In this document: one piece after another, positions 43,276-54,630 of the stretch
Layout: each line of letters opens with the position of its first letter
Position numbering within the stretch: position 1 is the first letter of the stretch
Assembly: GCA_963840455.1 (NCBI GenBank)
Contig: CAWIYV010000009.1
Coordinates: 128,001-192,000, forward strand
Direction: 5' to 3'
DNA from: Nitrospirota bacterium
GTDB lineage: Bacteria > Nitrospirota > UBA9217
DNA length: 64,000 nt
The notes under the pieces: generated by a model
What the model was told of the DNA's origin: nothing
What the model saw: the letters and a program-made list of their open reading frames with translations, nothing else
The model's database searches: none
Made by a program: the position numbers and the translations under genes

Positions 43276-44081
43276 TGTCGATAGGAAGGTATGGCTTCCT
43301 GCTGCTCGTCGTTCTGTTGGTCACTATTGGATGCGGAACGCCGAACGATAAGGCCTTTGATTCCGATGCCGGGAAACATTTGTCCGATTGGGTGTATGCG
43401 AAACACCCCGCAGCCAGCCAAGAGGATATCAATTCGTGCATGGAATGTCATGGAAGTGATCTCGCTGGAGGAATGTCGGGTGTGCCCTGCAGCCAGTGCC
43501 ATCTGAACGGATCTCCTCTCACGTTAACGGGGTGCACCTCCTGTCACGGTAAACCACCGACGGGAAACGTTGCTCCGAATCGAATCGGAGCGCATGCGGC
43601 TCATAATGCGTTGCCGAGCGTTACTAATTTATGCAATAGTTGCCACAGCGGCGCGGGCTCCGGCAACGCTAATCACTATAATGGTGCTGTAGACGTGATG
43701 TTCCTGAGTACATACAATGCAAAAAGCGGCGCCGCCGTGCGAAATGCCGACGGAACGTGCTCAAAAGTGAGCTGCCACGGAGGAAAGACGACGCCGGTAT
43801 GGTATTCCGGCGTAATCGACGTGAATACTCAGTGCACCGTGTGTCACGCATATGGCACTGCCGAATATAACAGCTACAGCTCAGGGAGACATGACAGCCA
43901 TGTCAATACATATGGTATCACGTGCACACGGTGCCATGATACTGCAACACTTGCGGTCAACCATTTCACCAGTCTGAACACACCGACAATGGAAGGGCCT
44001 GCATCGGCAACGCTGAATGGTGATTTGAACTATAACGGCATATCGTGCACGCCGTCTTGCCACGTTAATCGAAACTGGTAA
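43263..44081 (+). CDS. Multiheme c-type cytochrome lipoprotein (CxxxxCH/CxxCH type, up to 8 hemes)
   Basis: TIGC lipobox; six CxxCH plus CSKVSCH and CTPSCH. Confidence 0.9.
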   Translation: MSQIVSIGRYGFLLLVVLLVTIGCGTPNDKAFDSDAGKHLSDWVYAKHPAASQEDINSCMECHGSDLAGGMSGVPCSQCHLNGSPLTLTGCTSCHGKPPTGNVAPNRIGAHAAHNALPSVTNLCNSCHSGAGSGNANHYNGAVDVMFLSTYNAKSGAAVRNADGTCSKVSCHGGKTTPVWYSGVIDVNTQCTVCHAYGTAEYNSYSSGRHDSHVNTYGITCTRCHDTATLAVNHFTSLNTPTMEGPASATLNGDLNYNGISCTPSCHVNRNW

Positions 44082-44124
44082 CCATTGCTGCTCTGGGCAT
44101 GCAGTGAACGTATAATAGAAGAAT

Positions 44125-44160
44125 GGAAGGCCCGGAATAATATCCGGGCCTTCCTTATTT
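44125..44160 (+). terminator. Probable terminator
   Basis: GGAAGGCCCGGA-ATAATA-TCCGGGCCTTCC then TTATTT. Confidence 0.7.
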
Positions 44161-44321
44161 CCTTAATAATTTTTGGGGTCAATTAGAGATGTGTGGGGGG
44201 TATTTTGTTTTCTATTCTATAGGTAATGGGATCATCAAGAAAACGATGGTATACTATGATTGCCTTGTAAACGACACATAATATGTTGCTGAATCAAACA
44301 GATGCAAGGAGGCAGGTGGAG

Positions 44322-44684
44322 ATGAAAAACAGAATGAAAGTTCTTTCCGTGTTACTGCTGCTCATTATGTTCGTTTTGAACTTAGGTGGCTGTTCCAATC
44401 TCGCTGGTCCTTCGGATGAAGAGGTTATCAAAGCCATTAACGATACTGGACTTTTTTCGGGTGGGGTTGAAAAGTTTACGCTGAAAGCGCCCATAGTAAT
44501 CCTGGATAAAGACCTGCTGAGTCGTGATGGAGCGTGGAAAGTAAAGGTCAAGTTGTCCTATACCTACACGATGGCCGGAGGGCATGAGACAAAACCTACA
44601 GAGAAGATCCAATCATTCAAGATCTCCAAATTAAAGGATAGTTCCGGCAACACGGTTTGGAAGGCGGAAGCCAAGTCGCAATGA
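44322..44684 (+). CDS. Hypothetical lipoprotein
   Basis: LGGC lipobox, AGGAGG upstream, hairpin at 44717-44750 downstream. Confidence 0.75.
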   Translation: MKNRMKVLSVLLLLIMFVLNLGGCSNLAGPSDEEVIKAINDTGLFSGGVEKFTLKAPIVILDKDLLSRDGAWKVKVKLSYTYTMAGGHETKPTEKIQSFKISKLKDSSGNTVWKAEAKSQ

Positions 44685-44891
44685 TGCTGGCTACCTGGTC
44701 TCTAGAAGCCAAATTGAAGGGGGTTGCGGATATTCCGCAGCCCCTTATTTAATGGGCTATCAGCTTTATCTAGCTTCTAGCAGTAACTGCTGGATTCCAT
44801 GGGGCAAGGACGTTGAGGTAAGTGGAATGTGGCAATGTCTCAGCTTCGAAACCAGGATCTCGTTAAGCGCCGTCTGCGGACAATGCCGATA

Positions 44892-45479
44892 CTAATCGGC
44901 TTCTGATGATGCGACACGGCCGACGCGACGCTGCTGCGGTTTCAGCGGTGTATTGTCCTGATTCGGAGTCGATGCTCTCGGAGAAGATGCTGTTGCGCTT
45001 GTTTGGTCAGTATCGCGCTTCGATTTATGGCGTCCGGCACTAATCCGTCTCGCGTTCTGATATGCTGTAGCCTGTTCGGGGGACGATCCTATCGGAGGAG
45101 ATGCCGTTGCACTTGCCTGCCCGGAACCGGCTTCGCGCGACTCTGTCCTCCCCTGCATGATGAACATGGTGTAAAGCGCTCCATCCTGCCCTTTGAGGGA
45201 GATGTGGTCATCTGCTACCTTGATGATTCGAGAACCATCAGGGAGTGTTTCATGTATCCGATAAAATAACTGTTCTCCTTTTGCATCCTTGATCACAGCA
45301 CCGATAAATATCTTGCTGATGATCGTACCGACAAGATACGAGTCCGATGGCGTAGGTGTCTGGCATTCACCAGTACGCGGAAGGATGAGAATCGCCGCAA
45401 AAACGACTAATACAATAAAAGCCCAGAAACCTCTCCTCATGATCCAGGGTAAATGATTCCATGCTGACTCTAATTTCAT
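44892..45479 (-). CDS. Bitopic protein with a GspC/PilP HR-like domain and a disordered tail
   Basis: One TM then LVGTII...AVI....EQLFYRIHETLPDGSRIIKV..DHISL; repeated QxSATASxP. Confidence 0.55.
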   Translation of the reverse strand: MKLESAWNHLPWIMRRGFWAFIVLVVFAAILILPRTGECQTPTPSDSYLVGTIISKIFIGAVIKDAKGEQLFYRIHETLPDGSRIIKVADDHISLKGQDGALYTMFIMQGRTESREAGSGQASATASPPIGSSPEQATAYQNARRISAGRHKSKRDTDQTSATASSPRASTPNQDNTPLKPQQRRVGRVASSEAD

Positions 45480-45485
45480 ATTTGT

Positions 45486-45514
45486 ATTATACGACCAGTG
45501 TACACTGCTGTCAA
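45486..45514 (-). promoter_or_regulatory. Perfect-consensus sigma70 promoter with an internal palindrome
   Basis: Minus strand TTGACA-GCAGTGTACACTGGTCG-TATAAT; CAGTGTACACTG at 45496-45507. Confidence 0.75.
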
Positions 45515-45550
45515 TTCGAACGAAAACATGCATAGCCGTCAAGGTGGGAT

Positions 45551-47829
<2,279 letters not shown>

Positions 47830-47850
47830 GCAACCTCCAGAAAGCAACGA

Positions 47851-47956
47851 AGACAGTAGGTAGTAGACTGTAGACAGGGAATAGCCGAGAAGTTCGAAGC
47901 AGCCACCGGGGTGCTATCCACCGGTCCCTGTATGCTGTCTACCGTATGCCATCTAC
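47851..47956. repeat. Heptamer-period inverted repeat between hslV and hslU
   Basis: AGACAGTAGGTAGTAGACTGTAGACAGGGA ... TCCCTGTATGCTGTCTACCGTATGCCATCTAC. Confidence 0.55.
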
Positions 47957-47961
47957 GGGGT

Positions 47962-48504
47962 CTACAGCTCTTCTACCGTGATCTCCTTGTTCGTGTAGAT
48001 GCAGATATCGCCGGCGATCTGCATGGCCGCTTCCACGGTCTGGCGTGCGCTCAAGGCCGTGTGCGCCGTGAGGGCGCGCGCGGCTGCGAGCGCGTAAGGG
48101 CCGCCGGAGCCGATGGCGGCTATTCCATCCTCGGGCTCGATGACATCTCCGGTCCCCGACAGGATGAACGAGCGCTCGGCATCGGCAACGATCATCAATG
48201 CCTCGAGCCGGCGGAGGACCCTGTCGGTCCGCCAGTCCTTCGCGAGCTCCACCGCGGCGCGGGTGAGGTTGCCGTGGTACTGCTCGAGCTTGGCCTCGAA
48301 CTTCTCGAAGAGCGTGAAGGCATCGGCGGTCGCTCCGGCGAACCCGGCGACGATCCGGTCGTTGTACATCTTGCGGACCTTCCGGGCGTTGTGCTTCATG
48401 ACCGTGCTGCCGACCGTCACCTGCCCGTCGCCGGCGATTGCGGTCTTCCCGTTCCGCCGCACGGCAAGGATTGTTGTTGCGTGCATGGTGCTTTGCTCGC
48501 TCAT
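47962..48504 (-). CDS. hslV: ATP-dependent protease peptidase subunit
   Basis: [27 protein letters not shown]. Confidence 0.97.
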   Translation of the reverse strand: MSEQSTMHATTILAVRRNGKTAIAGDGQVTVGSTVMKHNARKVRKMYNDRIVAGFAGATADAFTLFEKFEAKLEQYHGNLTRAAVELAKDWRTDRVLRRLEALMIVADAERSFILSGTGDVIEPEDGIAAIGSGGPYALAAARALTAHTALSARQTVEAAMQIAGDICIYTNKEITVEEL

Positions 48505-48524
48505 TACTCCTCCACTCCTGTTTT

Positions 48525-48610
48525 ACCGCAGAGGTCGCAGAGAGCGCTGAAAAAAAACAGCCTGAAGGATCTGCCGAGGCTCCCTCTGCGTCCTCAGCGT
48601 TCTCTGCGGT
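48525..48610. repeat. 9-bp-period inverted repeat, empty element
   Basis: ACCGCAGAGGTCGCAGAGAGCGCTGA ... CTCTGCGTCCTCAGCGTTCTCTGCGGT. Confidence 0.75.
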
Positions 48611-48621
48611 GAAAGATCATG

Positions 48622-49497
48622 CTACTTCTTTTTCGCCCTCGGATGCGCCTTGTCGTAGGTCTCCATCAGCGCATCGAGGTTGACATGCGTGTACCGCTGG
48701 GTGGTGGAGAGGCTGGCGTGGCCGAGGAGCTCCTGGATGGCCCGGAGGTCTGCACCGGACTCCAGCAGGTGTGTCGCAAAGCTGTGCCGGAGCGTGTGCG
48801 GGCTCGCCTTCTGCGAAAGACCCAGCTTTTTCCGATAGTTACCTAAAATACGCTGAACCGTTCGGGCTGTCAAGCGTTTTCCTGATGGACCGGAGAAGAC
48901 CGCACCGTCCTTTGATGCGGACGGTTTCTGTGCACAGTAGGCGTCGATGGCCTCGAGCGCCTTCTCGCCCACGGGCACGATGCGTTCCTTCCGTCCCTTG
49001 CCGCGGATGCGGATGAGGCGGTCCTGACGGTCGATGTCCTCGCGGTCGATCCCAATGAGCTCGCTGGCGCGGACACCGGTGGAGTAGAGGGTCTCGAGCA
49101 TGGCTCGGTCGCGCAGTTCGGACCCTTCCCCATCGCTTGGGGCGTTCATGAGCCGCAGGGCGTCATCCACGGTGAGCACGGCGGGAAGGCGCTTGTCCTG
49201 CTTGGGCGTCGCGATGAGCCGCGCGGGATTGCCCTGCAGAACGCCGGTGCGGTTCAGATACTTGTAGAAGGCGCGGATGGCGGAGAGCTTGCGGGCGAGC
49301 GAGGACTTCCTGATCTTGAGGCCCATGAGCTGGCCGAGGTATCTCCGGAGGTCCTGGTGGCCGATGCCCGCGGGGTCGGCATCATTGACGAAGGCGGCGA
49401 GCTGCTCCAGGTCCGACCGGTAGCTGCGCTCGGTGTGGGGGGACACGTTCTGTTCGTTCCGGAGATGGCGAACAAAGTCGGCGATGTGCTTCCGCAT
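48622..49497 (-). CDS. xerC: Tyrosine recombinase XerC
   Basis: SPHTERSY, LYSTGVR, GKGRKER, HTLRHSFATH, LLGH, TQRY, AHPRA; synteny with hslVU and topA. Confidence 0.93.
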   Translation of the reverse strand: MRKHIADFVRHLRNEQNVSPHTERSYRSDLEQLAAFVNDADPAGIGHQDLRRYLGQLMGLKIRKSSLARKLSAIRAFYKYLNRTGVLQGNPARLIATPKQDKRLPAVLTVDDALRLMNAPSDGEGSELRDRAMLETLYSTGVRASELIGIDREDIDRQDRLIRIRGKGRKERIVPVGEKALEAIDAYCAQKPSASKDGAVFSGPSGKRLTARTVQRILGNYRKKLGLSQKASPHTLRHSFATHLLESGADLRAIQELLGHASLSTTQRYTHVNLDALMETYDKAHPRAKKK

Positions 49498-49652
49498 GCC
49501 GGTACTGTAACGTATCACACAGGGATTTGCAAGGGGAGAAGGGTCTGAACGAGTGCGGAATGCGGAATGCGGCGTTGGACCGGAAGTGCAAGAATGGCTG
49601 GTTCGTCCGTGGAATAGATCATCAATGCCGGACGTCTGACCGCCGTCCCTGA

Positions 49653-51962
49653 TCACAGGTCCGGATCGATCTCCTGACCCGGCCCTTCCGCACCTTGTCC
49701 CGCGGTGACCGGCACTTCCTTGTATCCGCATTCTTTCTTGTAGCAGGCGATGTAGGGGCCGGTCTTCTTGGAGAACTTCTCCGTCAGGAAGGGTGCGCCG
49801 CACTGCGGACAAGCGCGGGGCACAGGCTTGTACCACACGGCGAACTTGCAGTTGGGGTAGTTCGCGCAGGAGTAGAACATCTTGCCGAAGCGGGAGCGCC
49901 GCTCCACGATCATGCCGCCGTCCTCGGGGCAGGCAACGCCGGTGGACATGCCCTGGGTATGGTTGCACTCAGGGTAGCGCGAACAGGCGAGGAACTTGCC
50001 GAAGCGCCCCCGTTTGACCACCATGCCGGAGCCGCACTTGGGGCAGAGCTCGCTGGTGGTCTCTTCAGGCGCAGCCTCGATGCCGCCGCTCTCGGTGCGT
50101 ACGAAGGGCTTGGTGTTCTTGCAGTCAGGATAGCCCGAGCAGGCGAGGAACTGGCCGTTCCTGCCCCACTTGATGATCATGGGCTTGCCGCACTTGTCGC
50201 AATTGATGTCGGTGGGGGTCTGCTCCGCCTTGAAGTCCTTCATCTCGGCCATGGCTGCGGCGAGGTCCTTTGAAAAGGGTTCATAGAAGTCCCGCACGGC
50301 CGTCGCCCACGCCAGCCCGCCTTCCTCGATCTTGTCGAGCTCTTCCTCCATGCGCGCCGTGAAGGCAACGTCCAGGATGTTGGCAAAATGCTGCACCAGC
50401 AGGCCGTTCACGAGCACGCCGAGCTCCGTGGGATGGAACTTGTTCTCCAGCTTGTTCACATAATCCCGGTCCTGTATGGTCGAGATGATCGCGGCATAGG
50501 TGCTCGGCCTGCCGATGCCTTTTTCCTCCAGCGTCTTGACGAGCAGGGCCTCGGAGAACCGCGGCGGCGGCTGGGTGAAATGCTGCTTGGGGTCGAGCTT
50601 GATGAGCGACAGCGCGTCGCCCTCAGTGAGTGGGGGGAGGACCGCCTCGCCGTTGTCGTCGTCGGACGGGGCCTGGTCCTCGGACCGCTCCTCCATATAG
50701 ACCGCCATGAAACCGGGGAATTTCACGACCGAGCCGGAGGCCCGGAAGGTGTAGGCGTTGGCCTTGATGTCCACCGACGTCTGGTCGATGACCGCAGGGT
50801 TCATCTGGCTTGCCACGAAGCGGTTCCAGATGAGCTTGTAGAGCTTGTACTGGTCGGGCTCGAGATACTGCTTGATGGCGTCAGGTTCGCGCAGGACCGA
50901 GGTGGGGCGGATGGCCTCGTGCGCTTCCTGGGCGCTCTTGGCGCTCTTGTAGGCAGGCGGTTCAGCGGGAACGTATTCCTTGCCGTACTTGGAGGCGATC
51001 AGTTCCCGGGCCTCCTGCTGCGCCTCGGCGCCCACGCGGGTCGAGTCGGTACGCATGTAGGTGATGAGTCCGACGGCGCCTTCCGCGCCGAGGTCCACAC
51101 CCTCATAGAGGCCCTGTGCCACGGCCATGGTGCGCCGGGAGGTGAACCCGAGCTTCCGGCCGCCTTCCTGCTGGAGCTTACTCGTCGTGAAGGGGGGGAC
51201 GGGATTGCGGCGGCGCTCCTTTTTCTCGACCCGAGCGACAGAGTACGTTGCGCCCTGGAGGCCGGCGAGGATCTGCTGTACCTCGTCGTTGTTCTTGACC
51301 CGGAGCTTCTCCTCGTCCTTTTTCAGGAGCTTGGCTTCGAACTGCGGCGGGACCTTCCCCTCGAGGAGCGCGGTGAGGGACCAGAATTCCTCGGGTTTGA
51401 AGGCCTTGATCTCCTCTTCGCGCTCGCAGATCAGGCGCAAGGCCACGGACTGGACGCGGCCGGCGGAGAGGCCGCGGCGCACCTTTTTCCAGAGGATGGG
51501 GCTGATCTGGTAGCCCACGAGCCGGTCAAGGATGCGGCGTGCCTGCTGGGCGTCCACCTTGTTGGCGTCGATCTTGCCGGGTTGCTCGATGGCCTTGAGG
51601 ATGGCCTTCTTCGTGATCTCATTGAACAGGACGCGGTAGATTGCTTCGGTCTTGGCGGTCTTGGAGACTACCTCGGCCACGTGGGAGGCGATGGCCTCGC
51701 CCTCGCGGTCCGGGTCGGTCGCGATCAGGATGCGATCGGCCTTCTTGGCGGCTGACTTGAGCTCGTTGACGACCTTGGCCTTGCCTTTGATCTGGATGTA
51801 CTGGGGCGCGAAGTCCTTATCGATGTCCACGCCCAGCTTGCTCTTGGGCAGGTCCATGATGTGCCCGACGGACGCCTTGACCGTGTAGTCCTTGCCGAGG
51901 TACTTGCCGATGGTCTTGGCCTTGGCGGGCGATTCAACGATGACGAGTGATTTCATAGCCAT
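49653..51962 (-). CDS. topA: DNA topoisomerase I with C-terminal Zn ribbons
   Basis: IVESPAKAKT, DPDREGE, SAGRVQS, ITYMRTDS, GIGRPSTY. Confidence 0.98.
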   Translation of the reverse strand: MAMKSLVIVESPAKAKTIGKYLGKDYTVKASVGHIMDLPKSKLGVDIDKDFAPQYIQIKGKAKVVNELKSAAKKADRILIATDPDREGEAIASHVAEVVSKTAKTEAIYRVLFNEITKKAILKAIEQPGKIDANKVDAQQARRILDRLVGYQISPILWKKVRRGLSAGRVQSVALRLICEREEEIKAFKPEEFWSLTALLEGKVPPQFEAKLLKKDEEKLRVKNNDEVQQILAGLQGATYSVARVEKKERRRNPVPPFTTSKLQQEGGRKLGFTSRRTMAVAQGLYEGVDLGAEGAVGLITYMRTDSTRVGAEAQQEARELIASKYGKEYVPAEPPAYKSAKSAQEAHEAIRPTSVLREPDAIKQYLEPDQYKLYKLIWNRFVASQMNPAVIDQTSVDIKANAYTFRASGSVVKFPGFMAVYMEERSEDQAPSDDDNGEAVLPPLTEGDALSLIKLDPKQHFTQPPPRFSEALLVKTLEEKGIGRPSTYAAIISTIQDRDYVNKLENKFHPTELGVLVNGLLVQHFANILDVAFTARMEEELDKIEEGGLAWATAVRDFYEPFSKDLAAAMAEMKDFKAEQTPTDINCDKCGKPMIIKWGRNGQFLACSGYPDCKNTKPFVRTESGGIEAAPEETTSELCPKCGSGMVVKRGRFGKFLACSRYPECNHTQGMSTGVACPEDGGMIVERRSRFGKMFYSCANYPNCKFAVWYKPVPRACPQCGAPFLTEKFSKKTGPYIACYKKECGYKEVPVTAGQGAEGPGQEIDPDL

Positions 51963-52087
51963 AGTAGGGGGGCCTCTATTGCCGAAGCAGATGCAGGGTT
52001 GTCGTGCGACGAACAGACGCAACGGAGTACCAGTATCTCATTTTTTTCTCCGCGTCTCCCCATCCCCGCGTCTCCGAGCCGGTTGGT

Positions 52088-52561
52088 TTAATTCCACACC
52101 GTGCCCTTGTGGTTCAGCGCCGATGCGAGGATGTCCTCGTATTCCTGCTCGTCGGCGAACAGATCAAGGGCGAGCAGGGATTTCATGTGGGAAAGCTCGA
52201 TCCTTCCGGAGTGGAGCGACAATGCCTTGTCGAGGAGCTCTTCCCGCTGTTCTCCGGAGATGATGCCGAGGTAGGAGAGCTTGGTGATGAACCCGAATGC
52301 CTCAATGGTGAACCGTGAACGCTCCTCGGTGTTCATGGAACGCATAGCGTCCGGCAGGGCAACGGGCCCTTTGCTGGGAAGACGGTCCTCCTCGTTCTGG
52401 GACAGGGTCTGCAGCAGCGTCAGCGCCGCGTCTGCCTCATGCAGGCGGTAGCCGCTGCTCATGAGCGAGTCCATGATCTTCCCCTCGTTGCTGAACAGGT
52501 CCTGTTTCGTCTGCACCTGGTCCGTGATGAGCGAGACCAGATTCATGATGCGTTCGTCCAA
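52088..52561 (-). CDS. smg: Smg/DUF494 family protein
   Basis: Between dprA and topA; TTG start MDERIM after AGAGG; EADAAL, EERSRF, C-terminal TVWN. Confidence 0.8.
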   Translation of the reverse strand: MDERIMNLVSLITDQVQTKQDLFSNEGKIMDSLMSSGYRLHEADAALTLLQTLSQNEEDRLPSKGPVALPDAMRSMNTEERSRFTIEAFGFITKLSYLGIISGEQREELLDKALSLHSGRIELSHMKSLLALDLFADEQEYEDILASALNHKGTVWN

Positions 52562-52579
52562 GAAATTACCTCTTGTTTC

Positions 52580-52645
52580 ACCGCTGAGGCGGGTCGGCCA
52601 CGGAGAAAAAACCAAGCACTCCTCTGTGTCTCCGTGCCTCAGTGG
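52580..52645. repeat. 8-bp-period inverted repeat of the GxxExxY-flank type, empty
   Basis: CTCTGTGTCTCCGTGCCTCAGTGG nearly matches 13440-13463; degenerate left arm ACCGCTGAGGC..CACGGAGA. Confidence 0.65.
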
Positions 52646-52657
52646 CAGATTATGAAG

Positions 52658-53764
52658 CTAATCGGTTTCCCGTACAAAATACTTCCCGGGCAGTTGTTTT
52701 ACCAGTCCTTTCAGCTCCAGGGTGGTCAGGATGCCGCCGAGCCTGCCCGGCGCGCTGCCGTTCTCGGCCATGATGGCGTCGATATGCTTCGGTTCTGCCG
52801 AGATGGTGTCGAATACCGAGTGCTCCTCGTCGGTCATGGACGGCAGGGGCCGGTTGACTGCTGCCCCCGCGTTCCTTCCTTTATTGAGATCCAGGCCCTG
52901 CAGGACGTCTTCGGCCCTTTCGACGAGCCGGGCGCCCTGTTTGATGAGGCTGTTCGTGCCGCGGCTGGACGGTGAGCTGATGTTTCCCGGCACCGCAAAG
53001 AGCTTCCTCTCCTGTTTGAGCGTGTAGTCCGCCGTGATGAGCGATCCGCTGTCCTCGGCGGCTTCGATGATAACGGTCCCGGCCGAGAGTCCGCTGATGA
53101 TACGGTTGCGTGCCGGGAAATACCCGCTCTCCGGTTTTGTCCCGAAGGGGTTTTCCGTGATCACCGCTCCGGACCGGGCGATCTGTTCCATCAGGCCCTT
53201 GTTCTCCGGCGGGTAGGCCGCGTCGATCCCGCAGCCGAGCACCGCGATGGTCCTGCCTTTTGCGGCGAGTGCCCCCTTGTGGGCCTGGGTGTCGATGCCC
53301 CGCGCCATCCCGCTTACGACCGTGATGCCCTGCGACGCAAGGTCGTAGGCCATTTGCTGCGTCACCGTAAGCCCGTAATGGGTAGGCGTGCGCGTCCCGA
53401 CCAGGGCTACGGCGTTCACGTCCTGCGGCAGCAGTGAACCGCGTATATAAAGGAAGAGAGGCGGGTCCGGCGTGTTCTTCAGCGGTTCCGGAAATGCCGG
53501 GTCATCGGCTGTGATGATGGCCACTGCCGCAGATGCGGCCCTTTCCATTTCTGCCTCAGCCAGCTTCCGCCAGGGGAACGACCGGATCTCGCTTGCGACC
53601 TTCTCGGACAGACCGCCGTTCTCCCGAAGCTCATCAACGGATGCGTCGAGAACGCTGGCAGCGGAGCCGAAATTCCTGACCAACCTGCGAAAGGTGACCC
53701 TGCCCACGCCGGGGATGATGCTCAACCCGATCCAGGTGAAGGTGTGTTCTCTGTCCTGTTGCAT
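52658..53764 (-). CDS. dprA: DNA-processing protein DprA
   Basis: ALVGTR, VSGMARGID, FPARNRIISG, SGSLITA. Confidence 0.97.
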   Translation of the reverse strand: MQQDREHTFTWIGLSIIPGVGRVTFRRLVRNFGSAASVLDASVDELRENGGLSEKVASEIRSFPWRKLAEAEMERAASAAVAIITADDPAFPEPLKNTPDPPLFLYIRGSLLPQDVNAVALVGTRTPTHYGLTVTQQMAYDLASQGITVVSGMARGIDTQAHKGALAAKGRTIAVLGCGIDAAYPPENKGLMEQIARSGAVITENPFGTKPESGYFPARNRIISGLSAGTVIIEAAEDSGSLITADYTLKQERKLFAVPGNISSPSSRGTNSLIKQGARLVERAEDVLQGLDLNKGRNAGAAVNRPLPSMTDEEHSVFDTISAEPKHIDAIMAENGSAPGRLGGILTTLELKGLVKQLPGKYFVRETD

Positions 53765-53931
53765 GATGTATTCAGGAAATTCTGGTCGCTTGAGGCAGGA
53801 ATTATACAGGGTAAGCGACGTTAGTCAAGGATTTTTTTCCGGAACGGCTCCCCGAGCGAAGTGAAAGTGCGCACAATGCGTTGCTTTTGTGAAGGAAAAG
53901 GGGCGGCAGCAGCGGACGATCAGCATTGTGA

Positions 53932-54630
53932 TCAGGCCGAGGGAGGCGACGACGAACGGTTCCGGAATCTGCTGATGATCGCCGGCGCGAGGGTGAAGAG
54001 CGCGAGGAGCAGGAAGGCGGAAAGCACTTTTCCGGTGAAAATATCGCTGATCGAACGAACATGCTCCAGCTGGTGACCGGCATAGGCGAATACCGCAGTG
54101 GCGGGGATGATGCCGAGCGATGTTGTCCAGGAAAAGGTGCTGAGCGGAACCCGGGTAAGACCGGCAAGAAAGTTCACGACGAAAAAGGGAAATACGGGAA
54201 TGAGTCGCACCGTGAGCAGGTAACGGGTTCCGTTCCGCTCCATCTCGCTGTTGAACTTCGCGAGACGGTCGCGATAGCGCTCCTGGATACGGTCGCCGAG
54301 CAGGTACCGGGCGGACAGGAACGCCAGTATTGCGCCTGCGGTGGCGCCGACGTTAACGTACAGAACTGCTGGCAGGGTGCCGAACAGGAACCCTCCGGCG
54401 AGCGTGAGCACCGCGCCGCCGGGGAGGTTCAGGGCGATCGCTGCGGTATAGACGAGTATGTACAATGCTACGGAAGAGAGGCCGTGACCACGCACATAGG
54501 CAAGCAGGGCGTCCCGGTTCTTCTGGAGATTTTCGAAGGTCAGGAGATCACCGACGCCGCTCAGGCGCAGCGCGACGATGACGCCGATGAACAGCAGGAG
54601 CAGCAGGATGTTCCGGGCCTGTTTCGTCAT
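53932..54630 (-). CDS. TVP38/TMEM64 (DedA-like) membrane protein
   Basis: LPGGAVLTLAGGFLFG, RLIPVFPFFVVN. Confidence 0.9.
   Translation of the reverse strand: MTKQARNILLLLLFIGVIVALRLSGVGDLLTFENLQKNRDALLAYVRGHGLSSVALYILVYTAAIALNLPGGAVLTLAGGFLFGTLPAVLYVNVGATAGAILAFLSARYLLGDRIQERYRDRLAKFNSEMERNGTRYLLTVRLIPVFPFFVVNFLAGLTRVPLSTFSWTTSLGIIPATAVFAYAGHQLEHVRSISDIFTGKVLSAFLLLALFTLAPAIISRFRNRSSSPPSA

Noticed and set aside
48622-49497. Prophage or island integrase
   Set aside because: XerC-type sequence in the conserved topA-xerC-hslVU context; no att sites or phage genes seen
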